From contig CBDBHB010000009.1 in NCBI GenBank assembly GCA_965205505.1, forward strand, positions 736,001 to 800,000: a stretch of 64,000 nucleotides of DNA, given 5' to 3'. Numbering within the stretch: the stretch's first letter is position 1; the number at the start of each line of letters is the position of its first letter. The notes below the pieces were generated by a model. That model did no database searches. It saw only the letters and a list, made by a program, of their open reading frames with translations, and had not been told where the DNA came from. Below, one piece after another: positions 20,133-28,748 of the stretch. This DNA is from Acidobacteriota bacterium. Lineage in GTDB: Bacteria; Acidobacteriota; UBA890; WLXD01. A program made the position numbers and the translations under genes.

Positions 20133-22382
20133 ATGAAACCGTCCCGCCTGTTCCCCCGCGTGGCAGCCCTGCTGCTCACCCTCGCGCTGGCGCCCGTGGC
20201 GTGCGCTTCCCAGCAAGCGGCCGATCCCGAGGTCCTGGCCTGGCAGGGGCGCGCCGCCGAGATCACCATCATCCGCGACGACTGGGGCATTGCCCACGTC
20301 TACGGCGCCACCGATGCCGACGCGGTCTTCGGAATGATCTACGCCCAGGCCGAGGACGACTTCAACCGCATCGAGGTGAACTATCTCAACTCGATGGGCC
20401 GGCTGGCCGAGGCCGAGGGCGAGGCGGAGATCTACCGCGATCTGCGCATGAAGCTGTTCATCGTTCCCGAGGAGATGGAGGCCCAATACGAAGCGAGCCC
20501 GGACTGGCTCCGGGCACTCATGGATGCGTGGGCCGACGGGCTCAATTACTTCCTGCACACGCATCCACAGGTGCAGCCTCGGGTGATCCTGCGCTTCGAG
20601 CCGTGGATGGCGCTGACCTTCAGCGAGGGCAGCATCGGCGGCGACATCGAGCGAGTCTCGCTGGGCGATCTCGAGGGCATGTACGGGTCCCCACCCGAAG
20701 CCGGCATGGATGGTGCCCCCTCGGCAGATCTCCTCGCATCGTTGCAGCGCGCCGCCAGCGACGATGAGCTCTACGCTGAGCTATTCGCCGAGCCCGCCGG
20801 CTCCAACGGCTTTGCTATCGCCCCCGCCAACACCGTCAACGGCAACGCTCTGCTGCTCATCAACCCTCATACGTCGTTCTATTTCCGCTCCGAGCTACAC
20901 ATGGTGAGCGACGAGGGATTGAATGCCTACGGTGCCGTCACCTGGGGGCAGTTCTTCGTCTACCAGGGCTTCAACGAGAGCGCCGGTTGGATGCATACAT
21001 CCACCACCGCCGACAACATCGACGAGTACGGCTACGAGGTGAGCGTCCGCGACGATGGCGTTTACTACGCGTACGGCGACGAGGAACGGCGCATGCGCGA
21101 AGCGGTCATCGCGGTTCCCTACAAGGACTCCGACGGCATGGCCGAGCGGCAGTTCACCGTCTACTACAGCCACCATGGGCCGATCGTCCGGACGCTGGAC
21201 GGACGCTGGGTCGCGGTGAAGCTGATGAACGAGCCGATGAGCGCGTTGACCCAGTCGTATACGCGCACCAAGGCGGCCAACTACGCACAGTACAGACAGA
21301 TCATGGAGCTGCACACCAACTCCTCGAACAACACGGTCTTCGCCGACGGCGAGGGCAACATCGCCTACTTCCACTCCAACTTCGTGCCGATCCGCGACAC
21401 GCGCTTCGACTGGAGCGAGCCGGTCGATGGAAGTGATCCAGCCACCGAGTGGCAGGGCTTGACCCCGGTCGACGAGTCGCCGAACGCTCTCAACCCGCCT
21501 GGAGGCTGGATACAGAACACCAACAACTGGCCCTATTCGGTGAGCGGCGACAGCAGCCCTAGGCAGCACGACTACCCCTCCTACATGGACACGCGCGGCG
21601 AGAACGCCCGCGGCATGCACGCCCTGCGCGTGCTCGACGGCAAGACCGATTTCACGCTCACCAGCCTCATCGAGGCTGCCTACGACAGCTACCTCACCGC
21701 CTTCGAGCCGTTGATTCCGGCGCTGCTGAGCGCCTACGACCAGACACCCGCCGCCGAGCCGCTCAGGGCCAAGCTGGCCGAGCAGATCGAGATTCTGCGC
21801 GGTTGGGATCTGCGCTTCGGCGTCGACTCGGTTGCCACCTCCCTGGCCATCTTCTGGGGCGACGAAGCCATGCGCGATGCGGCGCCCTCGGCTCGCGCTG
21901 CGGGCATGTCGGTGTCTGACTACGTCGCCACCCGAGCACCCGCCCGGCAGCTCCTCGAAGCGCTGGCCGCGGCGTCGGATCGCCTCACCGAGGACTTCGG
22001 CTCCTGGCAGACTCCATGGGGCGAGATCAATCGCTTCCAGCGCATCACCGGCGACATCGTCCAGCCGCACGACGACAACGCTCCCAGTATCCCGGTTGCC
22101 TTCGCCTCATCACGCTGGGGGTCGCTGGCCTCCTTCGGCGCCGGTCGCTTCAACACCAAGCGGCTCTACGGCACTGGCGGTAACAGCTTCGTCGCCGTCG
22201 TCGAGTTCGGTGACCGCTTGCAGGCGCGCGCCGTCACCGCAGGCGGCGAGAGCGGCGACCCGGCGTCACCGCACTTCGATGACCAGGCAACCCGGTATGC
22301 CACCGGGGATCTGCGGCCGGTGTACTTCTACCGGGAGGACGTCGAGGCGAGTCGGGAGCGCGAGTACCACCCGGGGGAGTAA
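20133..22382 (+). CDS. Penicillin acylase family (S45, Ntn hydrolase) lipoprotein
   Basis: IIRDDWGIAHVYG, YAQAED, GSNGFAI (catalytic Ser), INPH, QNTN; lipobox-like PVAC. Confidence 0.93.
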   Translation: MKPSRLFPRVAALLLTLALAPVACASQQAADPEVLAWQGRAAEITIIRDDWGIAHVYGATDADAVFGMIYAQAEDDFNRIEVNYLNSMGRLAEAEGEAEIYRDLRMKLFIVPEEMEAQYEASPDWLRALMDAWADGLNYFLHTHPQVQPRVILRFEPWMALTFSEGSIGGDIERVSLGDLEGMYGSPPEAGMDGAPSADLLASLQRAASDDELYAELFAEPAGSNGFAIAPANTVNGNALLLINPHTSFYFRSELHMVSDEGLNAYGAVTWGQFFVYQGFNESAGWMHTSTTADNIDEYGYEVSVRDDGVYYAYGDEERRMREAVIAVPYKDSDGMAERQFTVYYSHHGPIVRTLDGRWVAVKLMNEPMSALTQSYTRTKAANYAQYRQIMELHTNSSNNTVFADGEGNIAYFHSNFVPIRDTRFDWSEPVDGSDPATEWQGLTPVDESPNALNPPGGWIQNTNNWPYSVSGDSSPRQHDYPSYMDTRGENARGMHALRVLDGKTDFTLTSLIEAAYDSYLTAFEPLIPALLSAYDQTPAAEPLRAKLAEQIEILRGWDLRFGVDSVATSLAIFWGDEAMRDAAPSARAAGMSVSDYVATRAPARQLLEALAAASDRLTEDFGSWQTPWGEINRFQRITGDIVQPHDDNAPSIPVAFASSRWGSLASFGAGRFNTKRLYGTGGNSFVAVVEFGDRLQARAVTAGGESGDPASPHFDDQATRYATGDLRPVYFYREDVEASREREYHPGE

Positions 22383-22602
22383 GGGATGCGTGGCGCCAGG
22401 CCCGCTACCTGTGTGTGGGATAGTCCAGTCTCGACCATGAGTTGCTGGAACCACAGCGCCGCTCGGAGCCCCCCGTACGAGGCGTTTGCTCGGACGGACA
22501 CCGCCGACTAGATTACGTTTGCGATCATGAGCTTGTTGTCGGAGTCTCCCTTGGCCCGCGTGCCTCTACCTCCTTTCGTCGGCCCGCCCGCTCACGGCAC
22601 CG

Positions 22603-23721
22603 ATGTCTGCTGACCCCTCGCCCGACAGAGTCAGCTGGCGCGGCCCGCTGCAGCCGCTTGCTTTGCTGGCGCTGCTCTACGGCTTCTTCGTTGGCCTCGA
22701 CCTCATGGGGCTGGCGTTCAAGCTGTTCGGGCGGGGCTTCGCGGAGATGCTCATCGAGCAGACCGCCAACCCGCTGGTCGGTCTGTTCGTAGGCGTCCTG
22801 GCCACCAGCCTGGTGCAAAGCTCGTCGACGACGACGTCGATGACCGTCGGCCTGGTGGCTGCTGGCGCCCTCACCGTCGAAGGCGCTATCCCCATCGTCA
22901 TGGGAGCCAACATCGGCACGTCGATCACCAACACGCTGGTCTCGCTGGCCCACGTGACGCGGCGTGAGGAGTTCGAGCGCGCCTTCGCCGGGGCTACCGT
23001 GCACGACTTCTTCAACCTACTTGCCGTGGCGATCCTGCTACCTGTGGAAATGGCGACCGGCTACCTGGCCCGGGTGGCCACCATTCTCGAGTATGGCCTC
23101 GAGGGCACGGCTGGAATCAAGTTATTCGATCCGCTGCGAGCGGTCGTCCGTCCGGTTGCCGAGAGTGTGGTCAGTCTGGCGGGCGATTCGGGGATCATCG
23201 CCCTGATCATCGGCATAGCGCTGCTCATGGCCTGTTTGAAGTTTCTCGTCGATCTCTTGAAGGTGCTCATGTCGGCGCGCGCCGAGCGCGTCCTGCATGC
23301 AACTCTGCTGCGCTCGACCGTCGCCGCCGTTGCCGCCGGTACGGTGATGACCGTGATGGTGCAGAGCAGCTCGATCACCACCTCGGTGATGATCCCGCTG
23401 GTCGGTGCGGGTATCGTGACGCTGGAGCAGATGTTCCCGCTTACCATCGGCGCCAACCTCGGTACGACGATCACCGCAATGCTGGCGGCGCTGGCCACCG
23501 GTAACCCGGCTGCGGTGACGGTGGCGTTCGCGCATGTGATGTTCAACGTGACGGCGATTCTGTTGGTTTTCTTGCCGCCACCCATGCGGCGAATACCGCT
23601 CAGACTGGCGCGCTGGATGGGGCGCGTGGGGAGTCGCAATCGGCTGTTGGCAGCCGCCTACATCATCGTGGTTTTCTTCCTGATACCGCTCTCGCTGCTG
23701 TTGATCAGCGGCACCCTGTAG
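22603..23721 (+). CDS. Na+/phosphate symporter (NptA-like)
   Basis: Two QSSS repeats with GANIGTS and GANLGTT. Confidence 0.92.
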   Translation: MSADPSPDRVSWRGPLQPLALLALLYGFFVGLDLMGLAFKLFGRGFAEMLIEQTANPLVGLFVGVLATSLVQSSSTTTSMTVGLVAAGALTVEGAIPIVMGANIGTSITNTLVSLAHVTRREEFERAFAGATVHDFFNLLAVAILLPVEMATGYLARVATILEYGLEGTAGIKLFDPLRAVVRPVAESVVSLAGDSGIIALIIGIALLMACLKFLVDLLKVLMSARAERVLHATLLRSTVAAVAAGTVMTVMVQSSSITTSVMIPLVGAGIVTLEQMFPLTIGANLGTTITAMLAALATGNPAAVTVAFAHVMFNVTAILLVFLPPPMRRIPLRLARWMGRVGSRNRLLAAAYIIVVFFLIPLSLLLISGTL

Positions 23722-23734
23722 CTGGAGAGCTGAG

Positions 23735-24388
23735 ATGTTCAAGCGTCTGTTCGGAGCGCGAGCCCAATCAACGCTGATCGACGAAGGCTTCGAGACGATC
23801 TCGGGGATGCTCACTCACGCCGCCGAGATGTATGACATCGCTATCGAGATGCTCCTCGACAACCGGCCCGCGGACGTCGATCTTGATGCGCTCGACGACC
23901 GTATCGATGACGGGGAGCGCCAGGTACGTCGGACGGTGCTGCAGCATCTCGCCGTCGATCCACGGCACGACCTCGTAGCGAGCCTGATACTGGTGTCGAT
24001 CGTGCAGGACGCCGAGCGGATCGGCGACTTCGCGCGAGGTCTCGGCGATCTCGTCGAGCTCAAGGAGGGGCGTCTCGAGGGTGAGTTCGCCGATGACCTG
24101 CGCCAGATCGCCGAGCGGATCCGACCGAGCTTCGAAGTGTGTGCTGCCGCGTTTGGTGACGATGACGCCAAGGGCGCCAGCCAGCTGATCGAGCGCCACG
24201 TCGAGACCAAGGTCGTCGTTCGAGAGTACATGTCTCGGCTGGCAGCCAGCGATCTGTCGGCCGACCCGGCAGTGGTCTACTCGAGCGCCGTGCGTATCCT
24301 CGCACGGGTGAGCGCCCACCTCAGCAATATCGCCTCCTCGGTTGTGCAGCCGTACGACCGAATACGACACGGCGACGAGGAGGTCTGA
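23735..24388 (+). CDS. PhoU domain-containing protein
   Basis: DDRIDDGERQVRR, DAERIGD, RVSAHLSNIA; directly downstream of the Na/Pi symporter. Confidence 0.85.
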   Translation: MFKRLFGARAQSTLIDEGFETISGMLTHAAEMYDIAIEMLLDNRPADVDLDALDDRIDDGERQVRRTVLQHLAVDPRHDLVASLILVSIVQDAERIGDFARGLGDLVELKEGRLEGEFADDLRQIAERIRPSFEVCAAAFGDDDAKGASQLIERHVETKVVVREYMSRLAASDLSADPAVVYSSAVRILARVSAHLSNIASSVVQPYDRIRHGDEEV

Positions 24389-24453
24389 CGCCAGCGGTGA
24401 AGGGGCACCTTTACTTGTGAGAGTAGACGACGAACCCCAGGGAAAATCGCTCG

Positions 24454-26409
24454 CTAATCCAGACCGAAGGCCAGCAGCACGTTTCCGGGGGCGTTGCCGA
24501 GAATCGCGTAGCCGGAGCCGACGTAGAGCATGCCGTCGACGATCGACGGTCCCGCCCCGCCGATGCCGCCGCCGAAGCCGGCCACGCCGTTCACGGTTTC
24601 GAACTCACGCGCGGTATTGAACTCCCACTGGATGGTGCCGTCCTCGGTGGAGTACGAGCGCAGCACCCCGTTGCGCGAGCCGGTCAGCACAGCGCCGGCG
24701 ATGGCGGTGGCCGCAGCCCAGTTGCCCGAGTGGCAGGTCATCTCCTCCTCCGGGTCGGGGCAGTCGCTCGGCTTGGGTAGCTTGGTGTTCCAGACCCGCG
24801 ATCCGTCCTCTACGCGCAGAGCGGCAATGCTGCCGGTACCGTCTGACTGAGGCACTGGCTTGAAGTAGTACTCCCCGTCGAAGGCGCCGCCGAAGCCCGC
24901 GTCGGTAGGTGCCATCTCATCTCCCGCCTGAGCTACCCACAGAACAGCCCCGCGGTTGTCCGGATCGAGCGCGGTTACACGGCCGCTCTCCTGACCTTGA
25001 ATGAGGATTCGACTGCCGTCGGCCAGCCTGTGCAGCACCGGCGATCCGGAGGGGTCGTCGTCGGGGGTATTGACGAAGCCAGGGCAGTTCAGGCGCCGCT
25101 CATCAGCAGTGCTTCCGCAGCCACCGTCGTGTCGATCGTTCGGCACCAGCTGAGTCCACCAAAGGCGCGCTCCGGTATCCAGGTTGAACGCCATCACCGA
25201 CACGCAGGTACCGTCGTCGAATCCGATGGGGTCGTCGAAGAACTCCGAGATGTAGCAAGTTCCCGTCGTCGAGTAGAGCTTGCGATGCTCCAGGTCCAGT
25301 GTCGGCGCGTTCCACACTGCGGCGCCGGATGGACCGTACAACTGTGTGCCGGCCGAGTTTCTGCGTAGCGGCCGTGGACGCTCCGACATCGTGTACGTCT
25401 TCCAGACTCGGCGCCCGGTGCTCAAGTCGAGCGCGGTGATGCTGCCCTGGAAGGTGCAGCACTCGTAGCTGATCTGTCGCGCCGGAATCTGTGCCCACGA
25501 CGAAACGCCGACGTACAGGTACCCGCCGGGCGAGGGATCGAGCACCGGCGGCCCGGTGATCTTCGCCGCCGGATGGTCGTCGGGGCGCATCGACCAGAGC
25601 TCCTCGCCGGTCTCGGCGTTGATTGCAGTGACGTAGCCCATGTAGTCACCGAACGCGGCGGCGTAGCGAACGCCGGGCAGGCCGTCCACCGCGCCGATGC
25701 TCACCGCCGTGCGCACCTGACCGGGTGCCTCGTACGACCAGTGCACGCAGCCGCTCTTGGCGTCGAGCGCATACACGAAGTTGTTGTCGCTGCCGATGAA
25801 CAACGTCCCGCCGACGATCGTTGGCTGTGCCCACGATGCCGAGGCAGCACCCGGTAGGGCAAAGGCCCATTTCAGCTTCAACTGTGGTACCTGCGAACCG
25901 GTGAGACCGGCGGCGGCGTTCTCTTGAAAGCGGTGTGAACGGGTCGGATCCGGAGTCCAGCCGTTCCACTGTGGCCCTTCGAAGGGGTCGTTCAACGACA
26001 GCGGATTGGCGCAGGGATTGCTCATCGCGGTCGCGGCGCGATCGGCGGTTCCGCCGAACGGATTGCCGGTGACCAGCTCGGCCAGCGCTCCCAGCTGCTC
26101 CTCCCTGAGCCCGCGCACGAACTCGACCATCGGGCCCGTGGTAACTGCTGCGAGTACCCGCTCGGTCGCCAGCTGCCGCAGGGTGTCGCGGCTTGGGGCA
26201 CGGTTGTTCGGGCTTCTGTTGTCGTGGCAGCTGGCGCACCGCATCTCGTAGTCGAGCACCATGCTGGCCGGCGTTGCGGGCCCCGCTGGGCTCCATCCCT
26301 GCGGCGCGGGTTCGCCCGATGCTTCGAGAGGCTGCACGAGCCAGAGGACCGCGAGAATCGTGAGCGCTACCAGGGCGCTTGGCAGGAACGCGAGTCGTCT
26401 CATCGACAC
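24454..26409 (-). CDS. Quinohemoprotein: N-terminal cytochrome c plus PQQ beta-propeller (polyvinyl-alcohol dehydrogenase-like)
   Basis: Signal peptide, CASCH heme motif, LKLKWAF, YECCTFQGS, GMLYVGSGY...GNVLLAF. Confidence 0.88.
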   Translation of the reverse strand: MSMRRLAFLPSALVALTILAVLWLVQPLEASGEPAPQGWSPAGPATPASMVLDYEMRCASCHDNRSPNNRAPSRDTLRQLATERVLAAVTTGPMVEFVRGLREEQLGALAELVTGNPFGGTADRAATAMSNPCANPLSLNDPFEGPQWNGWTPDPTRSHRFQENAAAGLTGSQVPQLKLKWAFALPGAASASWAQPTIVGGTLFIGSDNNFVYALDAKSGCVHWSYEAPGQVRTAVSIGAVDGLPGVRYAAAFGDYMGYVTAINAETGEELWSMRPDDHPAAKITGPPVLDPSPGGYLYVGVSSWAQIPARQISYECCTFQGSITALDLSTGRRVWKTYTMSERPRPLRRNSAGTQLYGPSGAAVWNAPTLDLEHRKLYSTTGTCYISEFFDDPIGFDDGTCVSVMAFNLDTGARLWWTQLVPNDRHDGGCGSTADERRLNCPGFVNTPDDDPSGSPVLHRLADGSRILIQGQESGRVTALDPDNRGAVLWVAQAGDEMAPTDAGFGGAFDGEYYFKPVPQSDGTGSIAALRVEDGSRVWNTKLPKPSDCPDPEEEMTCHSGNWAAATAIAGAVLTGSRNGVLRSYSTEDGTIQWEFNTAREFETVNGVAGFGGGIGGAGPSIVDGMLYVGSGYAILGNAPGNVLLAFGLD

Positions 26410-26518
26410 TTACTCCAGGTGGAGGGGTTGCTCATTCTCGGCACCTCAGGCAGGGTCGTCAACCGACGCGGCCAAGTGCCAGCGCGCCAACATCGTTTCT
26501 TCGAACCCGGACGCCAAC

Positions 26519-27646
26519 ATGCCAGGCTTACTTCCTCACGTGGATCCAGACGGTCTCCTGGAGTACTCGGTGGTCTTCACCGACCGCTCGCTCAACCACA
26601 TGTCGCGGACGTTCCAGGGGGTGATGAACGATATCTCCACGACCCTGAAGGTGGCCTACGGTGCCGACGCGGTGGTCGTAGTCCCCGGGGGAGGCACCTT
26701 CGGAATGGAGGCGGTGGCACGGCAGTTCGCCACCGGTAAGCGGTGCCTCGTGATCCGAAACGGCTGGTTCAGCTTTCGCTGGTCGCAGATCTTCGAAATG
26801 GGCGGTATTCCGTCCGCCTGCACGGTGTTGAAGGCGCGAGCCCTCGATGGCGGTGCGCAGCCGGCGTTCGCGCCCGCACCGATCGAGGAGGTCGTCGCGA
26901 CGATCGCGGAGGAACAGCCCGACTTGGTCTTCGCTCCGCATGTCGAGACCTCGTCGGGAATGATCCTGCCCGACGACTACATCGGCGCAGTGACCGAGGC
27001 AGTGCACTCGGCGGGAGGCATGTTGGTCCTCGATTGCATCGCCTCGGGCGCCATATGGGTCGACATGAAGACGGTGGGCGTCGACGTGCTGATCAGCGCG
27101 CCGCAGAAAGGCTGGAGCGGCTCTCCCTGCGCCGGCCTGGTGATGATGAGCGAGCTGGCGCAAGAGCGTATCGGAGCCACTACCAGCAGCAGCTTCGCTG
27201 CCGACTTGCGCAAGTGGCTCGAGATCATGCAGGCCTACGAGGGTGGCGGCCACGCTTACCACGCCACCTTGCCGACCGATTCATTGACGCGTTTTCGCGA
27301 CGCCATGCGGGAGACCGAGGCGTACGGGTTCGCCAGGGTGCGGACGGAGCAACAGGAGCTCGGCGACAAGGTGCGCGCGCTGCTCGTCGGCAAGGGCTTC
27401 AAGAGCGTGGCGGTTGCAGGGTTCCAGGCACCCGGGGTGGTCGTGAGCTACACGGACGATGCCGATATCCAGAACGGCAAGAAGTTCGCTGGTGTAGGCC
27501 TGCAGATCGCCGCCGGCGTTCCCCTCCGCTGCGACGAGCCGGAGCCCTTCAGCACGTTTCGCCTCGGGCTGTTCGGTCTGGACAAGTTGCACAACGTCGA
27601 TCGCTCGGTCGAGGCGCTCGAGCGCGCATTGAGCCAGATTCTCTAG
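26519..27646 (+). CDS. Class V aminotransferase (serine-pyruvate/alanine-glyoxylate-like)
   Basis: GLLEYSVVFTDRSLNHMS, PGGGTFGMEAVA, HVETSSG, SAPQKG (PLP lysine). Confidence 0.92.
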   Translation: MPGLLPHVDPDGLLEYSVVFTDRSLNHMSRTFQGVMNDISTTLKVAYGADAVVVVPGGGTFGMEAVARQFATGKRCLVIRNGWFSFRWSQIFEMGGIPSACTVLKARALDGGAQPAFAPAPIEEVVATIAEEQPDLVFAPHVETSSGMILPDDYIGAVTEAVHSAGGMLVLDCIASGAIWVDMKTVGVDVLISAPQKGWSGSPCAGLVMMSELAQERIGATTSSSFAADLRKWLEIMQAYEGGGHAYHATLPTDSLTRFRDAMRETEAYGFARVRTEQQELGDKVRALLVGKGFKSVAVAGFQAPGVVVSYTDDADIQNGKKFAGVGLQIAAGVPLRCDEPEPFSTFRLGLFGLDKLHNVDRSVEALERALSQIL

Positions 27647-27666
27647 CGAATCGGACACCCGGGCTC

Positions 27667-28602
27667 GTGATCACCGTCCTCGGAATCGTCGCCCCTGTCT
27701 TCGGCCTCATCCTGCTGGGCTTCGCCGCTTCCAGGCTGCGGATGCTCGATGCGGCGGCCGTAATCGGTCTGGTGGTGTTCGTCTTCCACTTCGCCATACC
27801 GGCGATGCTGTTTCGCAACCTGGCGAGGGCGGAGCTGCCGGCCGATATCGAGTGGAGCTTCCTGCTATCGTACTATGGAGGCACGTTCGTGGTCTATGCA
27901 CTCGGCATGGGTGTGGGTCGGTATTCCTTCCGCCGACCCCTCGCGATCCAGGCGACCTGCGGCATGGCGGCGGGGTTCTCCAACACCGTGTTGCTGGGGA
28001 TTCCCCTGTTGCTGACGGTCTTCGGATCGGAAGCGGCGCTCGCCATCTTCATGCTGGTGTTGCTGCATTCGCCCACGCTCATGACGCTGACGATGGTCCT
28101 CATCCGGCTAGGGCGCGGCCGCGAGGTTTCGGTGGGCGCGCAGCTGCGCGGCGTCCTCGCCGAGGTGATTCGTAACCCGATCATTCTGGCCCTGGTGGCG
28201 GGCTTGACCGCGAACCTGGCTGAGCTCGTTCTACCGGGGCCAGTGGAGACAGTCGTGCGGATGCTGGCTGCAGCGGCGGTGCCGTGTGCCCTGTTCGCCA
28301 TGGGTGCCTCGCTGGCCGCGTACCGGCTGGCGGGCGATGTTCTCTCGACCTTCCCATTGGTGGCGCTGAAGCTAGTGGTACATCCGCTACTGGTCTGGGT
28401 GCTGGCGGTACCGGTTCTCGGGCTGGAAGGGGTGTGGGTACCGGTCGCGGTGCTCATGGCCACGATGCCGACCGGTATCAACGTCTACCTGGTGGCGACA
28501 CGCTACGAAGCCGGCACAACCGTGGCCGCCCGAACCGTCTTTCTGAGTACGGTGATCTCTGTGCTGACAATCTCGGCCGCGCTGTACGTGCTTGGAAGCT
28601 GA
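27667..28602 (+). CDS. AEC family transporter
   Basis: About ten TM segments; FSNTVLLGIP, NPIILA, KLVVHP, MPTG. Confidence 0.9.
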   Translation: MITVLGIVAPVFGLILLGFAASRLRMLDAAAVIGLVVFVFHFAIPAMLFRNLARAELPADIEWSFLLSYYGGTFVVYALGMGVGRYSFRRPLAIQATCGMAAGFSNTVLLGIPLLLTVFGSEAALAIFMLVLLHSPTLMTLTMVLIRLGRGREVSVGAQLRGVLAEVIRNPIILALVAGLTANLAELVLPGPVETVVRMLAAAAVPCALFAMGASLAAYRLAGDVLSTFPLVALKLVVHPLLVWVLAVPVLGLEGVWVPVAVLMATMPTGINVYLVATRYEAGTTVAARTVFLSTVISVLTISAALYVLGS

Positions 28603-28748
28603 CCCTACTGACTCACGGCGAGGCCGACCTGGCGTACCATCGCCCTCGCAACGTAGGCTGCGCCTATTGGCCGCGCCCGTGGGCCTCTCACCGCGTCGGC
28701 GGCGCGGCGCACCTGAAGACCGAACCGTGACAAGGGCAGGAGTGGGTA

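Noticed and set aside
22418-22550. Possible 6S-like or riboswitch RNA (partly complementary ends GGGATAGTCC / GGAGTCTCCC)
   Set aside because: Pairing is short and imperfect, and I could not match a known consensus; needs a covariance-model search.
22603-24388. Na/Pi symporter and PhoU as a broken fusion gene
   Set aside because: Both have clean starts and stops with an RBS; separate genes are an ordinary arrangement.
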